The notes beneath the pieces were generated by a model. That model saw only the letters and a program-made list of their open reading frames with translations, had not been told where the DNA came from and made no database searches. Shown in pieces: positions 26,462-38,800 of a DNA stretch of 64,000 nucleotides. This DNA comes from Zygnema circumcarinatum SAG 698-1b (Eukaryota > Plantae > Zygnematophyceae). The DNA lies in NCBI GenBank assembly GCA_037447605.1, contig CM074818.1:1066617-1130616 (forward strand), read 5' to 3'. How positions within the stretch are numbered: the first letter of the stretch is position 1; each line of letters begins with the position of its first letter. The translations under genes were made by a program, and so were the position numbers.

Positions 26462-27232
26462 CTTCACTCTCGTGAGGCCGGCATCCTCGCACAAAGGACA
26501 TCACGCTTCTCCACTCGTCTCTCCCTCCTCATACACGATCTCGAAATCCGCTTTCGCTGGAGGAAAGATCTGAGAGTCTGCAACACGCTCAACAGCACTT
26601 CCCTCATCAACTGTAATGTCCCTCGTGCTCAGGACCTCCTGCAGTCGAGGGTTCCACACCCTATACGTGCGGCTGTTGGTGTTATAGCCGAGAACATAAC
26701 CCTCCACCGCTCGGGGGTCAAACTTCTTCTTCTGTCGCGCCTTGGGCAGTGCAGCCCAGCATCGCGCGCCAAAGGTCCTCAAGTGGGAAACTGTGGGCTT
26801 CCTCCCACTCCACATCTGCTCAGGGACCTGGTCTTTCAGAACAGAAGACGGACATCTGTTTCTAATGTACGCAACAATAAAAACCGCTTCTCCCCAAAAA
26901 GAAGCTGGAAAGGGGGAATCAATCAACATGGTCCGAGCCATGTCCCCCAATGTCCGATTCACTCGCTCAGTTGCTCCATTGCTCTGAGGAGGGGAATAGG
27001 GGGCAGAGAATTCATGCCTTATACCGCGGTTCTTCAGGAACTCTGCGAACTCCTTCGATTTGAATTCGCCGCCATTGTCTGAGCGCAAAGCCTTCAGCTT
27101 CTGTCTTGATTCTGTCTCCGCCTGGTTCAGCCAATCTCGAAAGGCTCCGAAAGCCTCTGACTTGTTCTTGAGGAGCGTAATCCAAATCTTCCTCGAGTAA
27201 TTGTCGAGGAACGTGACGAAGTGTAACAACCT
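26462..27232 (-). mobile_element. Ty1/Copia LTR retrotransposon integrase fragment
   Basis: rve core FLDNYSRKIW...LRSDNGGEF...PQSNGATERVNRTL...FWGEAV, followed by SH3-like HLRTFGARC...GYNTNSRTYRVWNP. Confidence 0.9.
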
Positions 27233-27496
27233 GCCCCCCCGGCAGGCTGCTCTGAAAGTCTAAGTGTCAAAGAGAGAGAAGGAGAGAGAGTCAGAGGAGC
27301 GTGAGCTCAATGCTGGTACAAAGAGCTCCGATGGTCTCCCATCCGAGCGCAGCCCCCTTAAGCTCCCCCCGTTGAACCCCCTACCAGCATGGAGGACCGG
27401 GAGCGGGACTGCCCAATCAGAGCCCGCCGCGTGGCGGAGATCCTTAACCGAGTTATCGGCTAAGGACAAGCCCGTGGTCTCGCCGNNNNNNNNNNC

Positions 27497-30400
27497 TGCA
27501 GGGGATTTAGAGGATGCTGACCAAAGTTCAAGAAGAAAGGAGTGGTACCGATTGATTCCTGGAATGCATTGTTAATGGCATACTCAGCCACCGGGAGCAG
27601 TTCATCCCATCCATCCGGGATGGGTCCCACATAATGCCTCAAATAGTCTTCCAGAATCCGGTTCACCCGCTCAGTGCGCGCTGCATTGCTCGCAGAAATT
27701 CGACCCGCTCAAGGCTTCAGGGAGTTAGGGTTTTCAATTTAGGGGTCGCCCAACCTCGCGTTCGCCGCGCGATGCAGTTCAGTCAGTCAATTCGCTATGC
27801 TCCATCGGTTTGGCCATCTGTCTGAGGGTGGAAGGCTGTACTCATAGCCTGCTTAGTCCCGATAATCCGGAGGATTTCTTTCCAGAAATGGCCGGTGAAT
27901 CGGGTATCACGATCTGATATGATCTCAGATTGAAGTCCATGTTGACTCCAGACCTTGTCAACATATAGCCGTGCTATCTCGTCGGCTCCCGCTGTCTTAG
28001 CAGTGGCTGCAAAATGCACCATCTTGCTCAGGCGGTCGACAAACACGAGGATGGAGTCAAAACCCCGAGCGGTCACAGGCAGGTCTGTGATCAGGTCCAT
28101 ACCTACACTTTCCCACTTCCTGTAAGGAGGGGCGAGGGGCTGGAGCAAGCCAGGCACCGGTCCGGTGCGAGGCTTATCCCGTTGACAAGTTGGGCATGCG
28201 AGTACATACGCCTCCACGTCCGCTGTAATTCCGGGCCACCAGAATTCTCGGAGCAGTGCTTCACGGGTTTTGGCAACTCCTATATGGCTCCTCGGTATCT
28301 TTAGGATCGCGGCATTCACTCACAAGAGTGAGCTCCCCATACGTATCCAAATTTTGGGCAATTTACTAATCGCTATCGCGGGTGCCAAAACTGTCTGAGC
28401 ACGAAGCTTGTCCTATAGCCATTGCCTTGGCCGCCCAGGAACAAAGGATCACCAGTGTACCCCTCCTGAATCATCTGTCTGAAATCAGAGAGAGCAGGAG
28501 GGTTGACTGCGTCACTGGTGGAGGGATTTATGACAAAGCATACTGGAGATGTAAACGCTGGGTTGGCCGGCCCTTCGTCTCCACCATCTCGTACCACCAA
28601 CACTCGAGTCGACGAGCGCATCATCCAGGCTAGATGAATGGGTTGCCTGCTCAGTGGGTCCGCTACATTCAGCCTTCCAGGCCTGTATACCCACTTGCAG
28701 TCGAACCGTTGGAGGAACTCAGACCAGCGTGCCTGCCGCCTCGAAAGAGTTTGCTGCGTGGAGAGGAACGTCAGTGGACGGTGGTCTGTGACCAGCGTGA
28801 CTGCCACCGCCCCCTCCAAATAGCAACGCCATGTCCTCAGGGCGTGAACCACGGCCAAGAGCTCTTGCTCTGTGGCGGAGTAGTTTCGCTCAGCTGGGTT
28901 CATCTTGCGACTTTCGTAAGCAAGAGGTTGGTCGTCTTGGAACAAGACCGCACCCAAAGCGAACTCAGAAGCGTCACAGACCACCTCATATGGTAAGGTG
29001 GGATCAGCTAACCTCAACGTAGGCGCTGTCACAAGTGCATGTCTAACACCATCAAAGGCCACCTGGCACTCTGGTGTCCATGCATACGCGACACCGGAAC
29101 GTGTCAAATTGGTAAGAGGTGTTTGTTAGTGTTAGTGTATGATAGTTAGACATTGTATGGCACACACTAACTTGTTGTGGTACTCAGTTTGTAGAACATG
29201 AGATCTGCTAGGCGTAGTACTCTTAGATTTAGGAATGTCGGTGCTCTGACTTATGGTGAGTGCGCCGCGAGTGCACGGAGTACGAACGAACGGCGCTGAT
29301 TGGTCGCGGCGCTGACNNNNNNNNNNCCATGTCTTAACAGCAGACACCTTGGCGGATCGGGCTTCAAGCCCTGATCATTCAAGATATGCCCAAGATACAA
29401 CAACTCCCGTTGCATGAAGTTACACTTCTTCCGCTTGGCATAAAACGTGTGTCTTCGCAGCACCTCAAACACCTTGCGCACATGCACGAGGTGCTCAGCG
29501 TTCGTCTTGCTGAATACCAGGATATCATCCAGGTAGTCCAAGACAAACTCATCCATGCCGACAAATATCTCGTTCATCACAGCTTGGAATGTCGCCGGAG
29601 CGTTGGTCAGTCCAAAAGGTAGCACCTTATATTGGAAATGACCAATCGGCGTCCGAAATGCCGTTTTAGGAACATCGCGCTATCCTCGCGGACACGGATC
29701 TGGATGGCAGGCCTCGGCAAGAAGGTCGGCAGAGCTGTAGGTGAACACCTTCTCGCCTCGAAGACGGCGTCTAGAAGATCATCTTGGCGCGCCGCAAAGC
29801 AAACTCGTTTCTTTACCGCGGGATCTTATTGGAGTGCTCGATAATCTATGCACATTTTCAGCACTCCATCCTTCTTCCTCGGCCTAAAATATGTAGGGGC
29901 CCCAAAGGGGCTCTCGGTGGGTTCAATCCAGCCCTTATCACGCAGATTGGCGAGCTGCTTTCGCATCTCCTCAGTCTCCTTTGGACTGAGCCTATAGATA
30001 GGCCTCCAAGGAGGTTTCTGTTCTGGCTCAAGGGGTATGGTATGTCCTACCCCGCGGGCTGGAGGCAAACCCCTTGGCAGATCGTCTGGGAACACATCCT
30101 CAAACGCCTTCAACAAAGGTTGAAATATAGTTGGAACAAGGGTATGGCTCACCAAGGTTGCCACTGACCCTTCGCTATGAGCATCCTCCGCTGCCGCCAT
30201 GACGGCACCATAAACAAGATGTTATCTGCTGTGCGTCTGCCTATTTGCATAGCCGCAGCACAGGAAATCCACAAAGACGATCAAGCAGGAGTGTTGGTCC
30301 CGGCGATTTCTGCTGCAGCGCCGCTATGCGCCTGCCTTCACCGCGAGGACGCAATTAGGACAAACCAGCTGGGCACCCATATGCGTCAGCCATTTGCTCC

Positions 30401-30776
30401 CCAAGATGAAGTCTGTTCCTGGGGCTAACAACGTCAACAAGCAGTTGACCACCCTAGAGTATGACTGAATCTTCAATTTCACGCTGACGCTGCCAGAAAC
30501 CTGACCCGTCCGTCCATCCCCGAAAGTTACACTATCGGAATGAGGCTGGACTGCAAACCCTGCAGTCCTGACAAAGGCTGCGCTAACAAAGTTAGCGTCC
30601 GCGCCAGTGTCCAGCAAAACCACTGCTGAGTGTCCATCGGCCGAACCCTGGAAGGTCATAGCACGATGAGCCAAGTGGAAAATGGACCGTAGCACATTCG
30701 GTGCGTGGGGGCGCGCTAACCGCCACACAAGGGAATGAGGAGATTTCACCAGCGCACTGGTGGAAGCTCCAGGCAC
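27497..30776 (-). mobile_element. Decayed Ty3/Gypsy (chromovirus-like) pol: protease-RT-RNase H-integrase
   Basis: VLLDTGADANFV (PR), MCIDYRAL, LPFGLTNAPATFQ and YLDDILVFS (RT), CDASEFALG...TDH...ADPLSR (RH), FVDRLSKMVHF...HPQTDGQT (INT). Contains frameshifts, stops and insertions. Confidence 0.92.
29122..29315 (+). mobile_element. Putative LTR start inserted into the Gypsy RT (truncated by an assembly gap)
   Basis: Interrupts the RT frame at APLTNLTR. Begins TGTTAGTGTTAGTGTATGATAGTTAG, similar to the reverse complement of 32345-32374. Confidence 0.5.
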
Positions 30777-30839
30777 CCACCTAAGAAGGGAGAAGCCCTT
30801 CCTCCAAAGCTTCGCTGGACCAAAGGATCTAAGAATTCA

Positions 30840-31830
30840 TTGGACAAACCATTGACGGGCAAATACCGACGCCCACCGTTGGAAACCAATCGGGTCACAC
30901 CGCCGCATCCACCGGTTCCAAACCAATGGTCGCTTTGATCTGGCCAAGACCGGCCGCAACCAAGCCGACCGGTTGCCTTCAACAAAGGATCCACCGGGTT
31001 GCATCCACACCGTTGCCAACCAAAGGCATCCATCGGTTCCAAACCAATGGTTGTTTCGACCAAGCAAGACTGCTGGCAACCGAATGGTTGTTTCGGTCCT
31101 AAGAACCATCGGGTTGCCAACCAACAATGGTTGTTTCGATTCGCCAAGACCGGGTTGGCAAACCGGGCCAATGGTTATATCCATAAATCAAAATGGTTGC
31201 AACCATTAAATCACTTCAGTTGTAGCTTAACCTAACACTAACAAAATGCCGCTTGCCATGTTTCGAGAAAACTATTACGCTTCTGGCTGCATGCATTCTG
31301 CATAACCGCATTTACTCTGGAGCCAGATTTCCATCCGCATTACACACCAGACGCATCGCTTCGTTACACTAGCTTGTCAACGCTGGCAACCTACCAAAAA
31401 CACATACTAATCTATTTTGCAAAAGGCATAATTTCGTAAATTCAATGGTTGCCAACCATTGGATCACCGGTTCAACCAAATGAATGGTTGTTTCACCATA
31501 CAATCGGGTTCTAACCCAAATGACCGGGTTTCCAAACTGGCATCCATCGTTCCAAAACCAAATAATGGTTGTTTCGATCCGGCACTGGTTGGCAACCGAA
31601 TGGTTGCCAACCAATGGCATCCACCGGGTTCAAACCAAATTTAATGGTTGTTTTGGCCCGAAGCTAATCGGGTTGGCAACTAATGGTTGTTTCGTCCGCG
31701 AACCACCGGGTTGCCAACCGCCGAATGGTTGTTTCGTCCGCGAACCATCGCTGCCAACCAAATAATGGTTGTTTCGTCCGCGAACCATTGGTTGCCAACT
31801 ACCGACCGTTTGTCTAATGGTCCGACTGCG
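30840..31830. repeat. Dense array of (C)CAATGGTTG(TTTCG)/GGTTGCCAACC motifs
   Basis: About 20 imperfect copies in both orientations, split by an AT-rich spacer at about 31210-31440. Confidence 0.75.
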
Positions 31831-32036
31831 GAAAGCTTTACCACTTTCCACTCACCGCGGATAAGCCCTCACCGCCACGCAGCCAGGGAGCGTGACTCGC
31901 AGATCGACATTACATGGTCTTTCGACCGCAGCAAGCGCAAGGCATCGAATGCACATTGCACTAAGGCATCACTGCCCATGGCATTCAAGATAATGACATG
32001 CCATTCATTCATCAAGACAGCATTCGNNNNNNNNNN

Positions 32037-32374
32037 GACAATCTGACGCCACTTCGCGCCAAGTCCAAATCAGCCAATCCAAAAGGCTGACGCCGCGCCA
32101 CGTCACTTCAAATTTGCGCGCAGTTTCGCGCGTCGCGTCACATCTTCGATTCGCTCCGCGTTCGCGTCTGCGCCACGTCACATTTCAAATCGTCGCGTCG
32201 CGCCTCGTCACTTCTGACTCCGCCGCGCCGCGCCTCTCCACCGACCAAAGTCCGTACCGCCGCTCGTCGGTCTAGGCGCACATCGCCGCCAAGGGCCACA
32301 CACAACACACGCACACAAAACTAATGTCCCAACAACAACTTGTCTAGTGACTAACTACTATACACTAACACCAC
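32037..32374 (-). mobile_element. Putative LTR fragment (5' end TGTGGTGTTAGTGTATAGTAGTTAG on the minus strand)
   Basis: TG terminus and similarity to the 29122 insertion; the inner end is lost in an N gap. Confidence 0.45.
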
Positions 32375-32506
32375 ATGCTGCTTTTGTTCATGTACATTTG
32401 ATGGCCTCGCCATCGTGAGTTCAATGCGATTCCATTGTCGTATTATACACTGTAAAAATACTCAGGTGCTAGTGTTGAGATCCGTACAATCGGACATACA
32501 GTCATA

Positions 32507-34502
32507 CAGTACCCCCCCCCAATATTTTCGCCATGGTTTCGGCAAATATTAGGGGGGGTCAGACCTTGACCATCGCTTATGAAATTCAAAGATTCCCTAT
32601 ATGGAAAGGTATTGATTTCGTTTCCAGGTTTCGGGTCGGAAGCCGCGGCTCCCCCAACCTGTCATGTCCTGTCCATACTACGGAATAGGTTACAAAAATG
32701 CCCCCAAATTTCCGAAATCCGCCGAAATCCGCTCGCCGAAACGGAGGCCCTGCGTTTCGGTTTTGTTGAAAAGGCAGCAAAATCCGCCGATGAGTAATCT
32801 TGCCCCGCCTTGTCGCCATTAGGGATGGCCCGCGTTATAAATTCCGAATATATTATATAATTTACAACGGGTTTACAAATAGTAATATATTACAAACTAA
32901 AACACTTTATTACATATATTATACCCACTTGTTTTGAACAATTAACGACCGTACGACGTACGACCGTACTCACCGTTAGAACGTGACTCGTTGTTCAAGG
33001 ATGTCGACCTACCTTTTGCCAATAATACTTTGAATGTTCAATGTACGACCGTACGACCGTACGACAACCGTACGACCGTATGACCAAGTACGGTCGTACG
33101 GTCGTACCATACCAAAATTAGGTCGTTTTGGCGTTGGCGTTGCGAAATGCGTCCGTCTGGTTCGTAGATGGACCGTACGACCGTACATGTTGTAAAGGCG
33201 TTGTAAATTAATATATATTAGCCGTTATCTAGTCGTCACAGTTGTATAATGTAATATATAATATATAGTCGTAACTACAGTCTAATCACGTTATAGTGAC
33301 ACTGTTTATAAGAACAGCATGGATATACTGACTTTTTTTCCGGGAACGGAATTGCACCACTGCAGATCCTGCGCCAGTAGTGACGCCATTACGGATATAA
33401 TGACGTTGAAAAACCCTGATTGTTACTATATATTCAAAATGTCGATATTATCCACCCACGTATTGGAATATGCGTTACAAATATATTTACGACCGTACAC
33501 ATTATCGACTAATATCGTCAGATATCGANNNNNNNNNNATTATCGACTAATATCGTCAGATATCGACTTGACCGTACATATCAAGTTGTCCGTACACATG
33601 CTCACTAGGGTTCGTACACACCTACCCACGTGACGACTGCCCAAAAAGTACAATGTACGGTATCAAAGTCGTACGGATATACCGCAAAAACATATGTAAT
33701 AACATTGTTACTATAAATGTGAAAGGACAAACGGGTCATTACCGATATAGTGACACAAATGTGTGGGGACCGACATGGACACTAACGTGATTAGACTGTA
33801 ATCCATCCCTAGTCGCCATGCGCGTCACGCACGTGCGAGCGTCTCTCGCACGTGTGAGACGCGCGTGGCGACAAAACGGAGGGCGACGGGCGGCGGGCGG
33901 CGGGCGGCGGAGGGAGCGCGGCGGGGCGAAAGGGGGGGGGTCAGACCTGGCTCGGAGATACGAAGGTAAAATAATTATTTTCTTGAATTCGCGGCGCCCG
34001 AACCTGCCGAACGGCCACTTTTTGCGAAAAAGGCCTGCCGTACACGGCGGAATAGGCCCGACGGGCTTACGAAATTGGTTTGGCGATGGTCAAGGTCTGA
34101 CCCCCCCTATTTAGGGGGGGTCAGACCTTGACCATCGCTTACGAAATTCCCGAATTCCTTATACTAAAAGTCACTTCTTTCGTGTACGAACTCCGGGTCG
34201 GGATCCGCGGGTCCGCCGTACATAGCCGTAACGAAATGCGTACCTAGCCAATGCTTAATTCGCCCGACAGGCTTACGAAATTGATGTGGCGATATGGGGA
34301 GTCAGACCTTGACCATCACCTACGAAATTCCCGAATTCCTTATATGTACTGTACTAAAAGTCACTTCTTACATGTACGAATTCCGGGTCGGGATCTGCGG
34401 CTCCGCCGAGCCCAGCCGTACCGAAATGTGTACCTGGCCAATGCTTAATTCGCCCGACAGGCTATTGGGTAGCGAAAATATTGGGGGGGGGGGGGGTAAC
34501 TG
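32507..34502. mobile_element. Non-autonomous Tc1/mariner (pogo-like) element
   Basis: TA|CAGTACCCCCCCCCAATATTTTCGC at the left and GCGAAAATATTG(14)TAACTG|TA at the right. Internal GGGGGGGTCAGACCTTGACCATCGC repeats in both orientations and a ~180-bp tandem duplication (34114-34465). Confidence 0.8.
32820..33811. mobile_element. Non-autonomous hAT element nested in the Tc1/mariner element
   Basis: TIRs TAGGGATGG...CCATCCCTA with a perfect 8-bp TSD GTCGCCAT (32812-32819 and 33812-33819). The AT-rich interior has CGACCGTA repeats. Confidence 0.88.
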
Positions 34503-35821
34503 TACGGAATATTCGTACGAATTTGACGTACGGAACTGTACGAGCCGAACAGTCCTTCGTGGTTCCACATCATGCTTTTGTCCATGTACATTTGATGGCT
34601 TCGCCATCGTGAGTTCAATGCCATTTTCCTCGCCATTCACTTGTCGTCTTTGGGTGATTATTATAAATAGTAGAAGAAGGTGTGGCTTTTTTTGTTGTGT
34701 GCATAAAGACTTTTCATCAGCATTTTGTTGTTGCTCTTCTTCTCTTATCCTTCTCATGACGCCTTTACCATTGTAGCAGCTTTACCACATGTCCCATCAT
34801 CACCGCCCCCCTTGAAGCTGCTCTTGTAGACCTATTTTTCAATACAGCTATTTTGAGACTAGTGTAAGGTGTCCTAGAGCTTCCTTACGGCTTGAAGCTT
34901 CAATTATCATAATCAATCTCTGTCTAACTAGCAAGAAAACGAAGAAAAGACGTTAAATACATATAAAGTATACTGTATTTTAAAATGTGGTATAATACGC
35001 ACGTATTATATGGTGTATTATACACGCGTTTGATACATACGGATCACTACTCCCGTCTGCCCGAGACGGGCTGCGACCGAGCGCGCGCGCACAAGCAACA
35101 AGAGATGAAGGGAGGCGGGGCAAGAGTCCGGGGCGGGCCAGCCATTGCACGGCCAACCATTGGTAATTGCCATCGTTTGGCTGACAACCTGAGAGACCCT
35201 CGCGCTGAAAAACAAAACCAGATCGTTTCGCCACTCGCCTTCGGTTCGCAACCATTGGCAACCAACGTTACCAACCGTTCGTTTCTGTCGGCCATCGGCA
35301 ACGGTTGGCAGGGTCACCCACCGGCAGTTGGCGGCGGTTGGTCAGGTCCCTAAGTAGGGACCGCGGCCGGGAGGGGCCCTCCGGCCGGCACAGTGCGGAC
35401 CCGTACGGCGGGGGCGAATTGTACGGACCATGCGACCATCCGTACAAGTTGCTTACGCGAAAACCCTATCCGATTTTTTGCCGGACTCGATCCTGCGACC
35501 TTCAAAACTAGTTTTTACCGTGCAAACCATCTATGCGAAGGAGTGGTATTTTCGTTATAGCATAAATAAAAATGTTCTCAACTTTATTTTGAACTCACAC
35601 AAATACATCGGTCAAAGTCGACGAGCAGCGCACGGCCGAGTATTGGAGTCAGTCGCGCGAGGGCGAGGGCGCGCAGTGATACAGACCGGTGGGGGAGAGA
35701 GGGAGGGAGGTGGCGGTGGGGGAGGGGAGGGGAGGGCTGCCCAGCACAAGCACGTGCGCCACCGTAGCAGCGGGCAACGCTGGCGCCCCAGAGCGGCGAG
35801 GGCAAGGCCAGCCTGCGTGCC

Positions 35822-38800
35822 ATGTTAGAGCCCGCCGCCAACTCATCCTCCGCGCAGGGGGCCAGCACCTTCGCCGACCCCATCGCCATGCTCGGGGGCT
35901 CGAGCATTGGCGGGCCTTCTCTCTCCTGCTCCGTCAGCGAGGAGCTCTTCCAGAAGTGGCTCACCGGAACTGAGGTTTCCTCCTTCCCCAGCCCGCTGGG
36001 GTGGCCTTGTCGTGGGGGTGATTCCCTGGAGTCAAGGCGATGAAAGTGGAAGGGTTGACTGTAGGCTGGTCCTGTTCGGATTGTAAGACTTTACTGTTGT
36101 CAGGCTGCATGAATAGGCGGTAATGTGAGATCCCTAAAAGAGTTTCGGGAGGTTTTCGTTGCTGCTTTTGGACAGAATCAACAGGAGCAGTCGCAACTCG
36201 GCACTGGAAACATTCTGAGAACCCGACAGGCAACTCGCAGGTGAGAAGTGGCTATTGGTAGAGACAGTTTGATTTCCTTTTAGTGCATAATGATAATGGG
36301 AAGGTCCCACTTTCCTTACCTGCGGACGCGCTTGACTCCGCTATTAGTTGCTGCTTTCGGTAAATCAAAAAAGTCCAACGGGTAATGTCGTATATTGTTT
36401 TTTTTTACTCGAGGTTCCTTTACACAATTTCTTAAGGAGTCCATGACTGTTTCCTGCGGGGTCCCAGGTCGTCTAGTGAATTGGCGGCTGTGATCACAAA
36501 CCCTCAACAAAGGCTTGGCGGCAGTGGAAACAATTTTGGGCGTTTCGAGAGTGCAAACGATGCTGCGCTGCTTGCAAGCTCCTGGTTTGGCGATAGTGGA
36601 CTTACAGGAGGAGCGAGTTTAAAGCTCAGGTACTGTTGTACTGCAACTTAATCATTTTTAGGGCACCTATGGATAGAGGGACAGTCATTAAGTGAAGAAC
36701 TATTGTATGCATGCCCTACATTTAGTTTAGAGAGGTCCCAATGAAATTAGGGTTTTCAGGTGGGACATTGGTCCCAACTTAATATGAGCGAGAGAGCTTG
36801 ACCTACGCCGAGTTTCCAAGAGGCGTGTAATCCGTACCGCAGAGCACAACTAATTCGAAAAGGTTGATGCTAGGCCTCCTGGCGGACTCTCAAAAGGAAG
36901 CAACACATTGAAAGCTTTTTGCACTCCTTTCTAGGACATCGAAGATGCTAGCTTGTCAAGGATCTGGTTGACCTTGTCGTAAGTTCAACAATACGAGATT
37001 TAGGGTAGTGTCGACAACAGGCCAGTTGAACCCTCGCCGGGATTGTAAATGGTCCGCAGCGTTAATAAGAGATGGTGGACGGCACTCCCCCGCCATAGCT
37101 GGTTCAAAGAGGCACAGAGACAGCCTAACAGCTTCAACCAACTTTGAGGAAAGCTTGAAGGTTGCATCTAAGGAATCTATCCGGAATCTATAAGCAGGAA
37201 TTTTGTTGTCCGCTCTTTACTCTTTTGCAGAGTAGTTCATAATATACCAGGAAAGGGCAGGACTGAGGAAGTTCCGGCCGGTGGCCTTTGTGTAGAGCAA
37301 GTTATTATCTGGCAGTGGTTTTAGTGGAGGGAGTTATGGACCAGGAACAGTGAATTGTTCTGGCGGTATGGGTCGAAGAGGGAGCAATGGAGTTGCTCTA
37401 GTAGTAGCATTCTCGAGCTCTGGAACAGTTATTCCAATGACAGAATGCTTCCAATTGTGCGCACTGGAACTGTTCCCTTCATATTCGGAAATATTGGAAA
37501 GCTTTTCGGAGCAACCCTGTTAAATGCCCAAAGCCGCAATTATGCTTGTAAAAGTTACGACGGATACAAGGGCAGCTATGCCTTCTGTCTTGGTGAAGCA
37601 CCCAGTTGCGCATTTAACAGGGATGCGAAGGAAATGGGAATAGGTCGCAGAAACAAGAGCAATGTTTTTAAGTTTGGTAGAAGAGTTTAGGACTTGGGTT
37701 GAACGGAGGCTGCAATGTTTCTAGCTGGCAGCGATCTTAAAGGATTCAGATAATTCTGAAAGAACGTCGCCTTGGTTCGAATGTGGAGCACACACAATTC
37801 TGCGTTTTAAAGGGGCAGAGCGCATTCACTAAGGCAGCAAGTGCGAACCTTAAGTCTTTACAAGCACTGACAGAGCATTAGCCCTCCGATGGCAGCCTTT
37901 GGAAGTGAAGATTTTCCAGGATTCTGGACTATGTTCATTGCCACGGAAGCTGGAGGTCTCATATGGCCGGTTTTTTTTCATGATTTGTATCATGCAGTGA
38001 GACCCCGAAGCTGGATGGCAACAGAGCAATGCAAAGCTTGGCGTCGCCGAACCTTCTTGCAGCGGTGAGCTCTGCTGTCTTTTCATTCTGAAATCTAAAT
38101 CAATCATGTTAATGACTTGCAACTTTCAGAGGCAGCAATTGACTAGCACAAAGGTCCCACGCTATCCCTTCAGAACGCTAGTTTACCTGGAAAGACTGTT
38201 CTTGCACATTCCTAAAAACGTGGTTTCGGCAAGAGTGTGCCCTTAGAATGCTTGAAAGCATTTGAGGAGATGAAAGCCGTAGCTCATCTTCAGGGAAGGA
38301 AGATGAAGGCGGAGGTTAAAGAGTTGTGCTGCCAATATTGACTCCATGCGAGGGAAAGCGTAGTGATGCATTGAAGCTAAGCGAGAGAAGGATCTGCCTC
38401 TCCTGCCCTTTTAGCATCTCGGGCCACATACTAACAGAGCCAAGAAGCCATGGGATGCTGCTTTCTGCAGGCCAACATTTTGCAGCAGTCGCTATCCTCG
38501 CCCATGACTCGCAGCCGCTCCTCTGAATTACGGTGCGAAATTCCTTCCCTGCTTGCCCAGCTTATAATTCTTGCTTTGTGGCGTGCGTAGTATATTCTTG
38601 TATTATTATTATTTTCCTTATTATTATCATTCATCACCCTCCTCGTCCTTCTGCTCTGCTTCTGAAAAATAAGCAAAAGTAAGAGGGCAGGAGGAGGGGA
38701 GGGAGAGTTGACATGCGTGGAACTCACTCGGTCACTTCCTTTTTTAGGGTTTAGGGTTTGGGGTTTGGGCTGACTCCGCGCAACCCGCCATGGGCCGTGC

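Noticed and set aside
30840-31830. CRISPR-like appearance of repeated motifs with variable spacers
   Set aside because: The units are short, degenerate, in both orientations and irregularly spaced; the context is eukaryotic transposon sequence with no cas genes.
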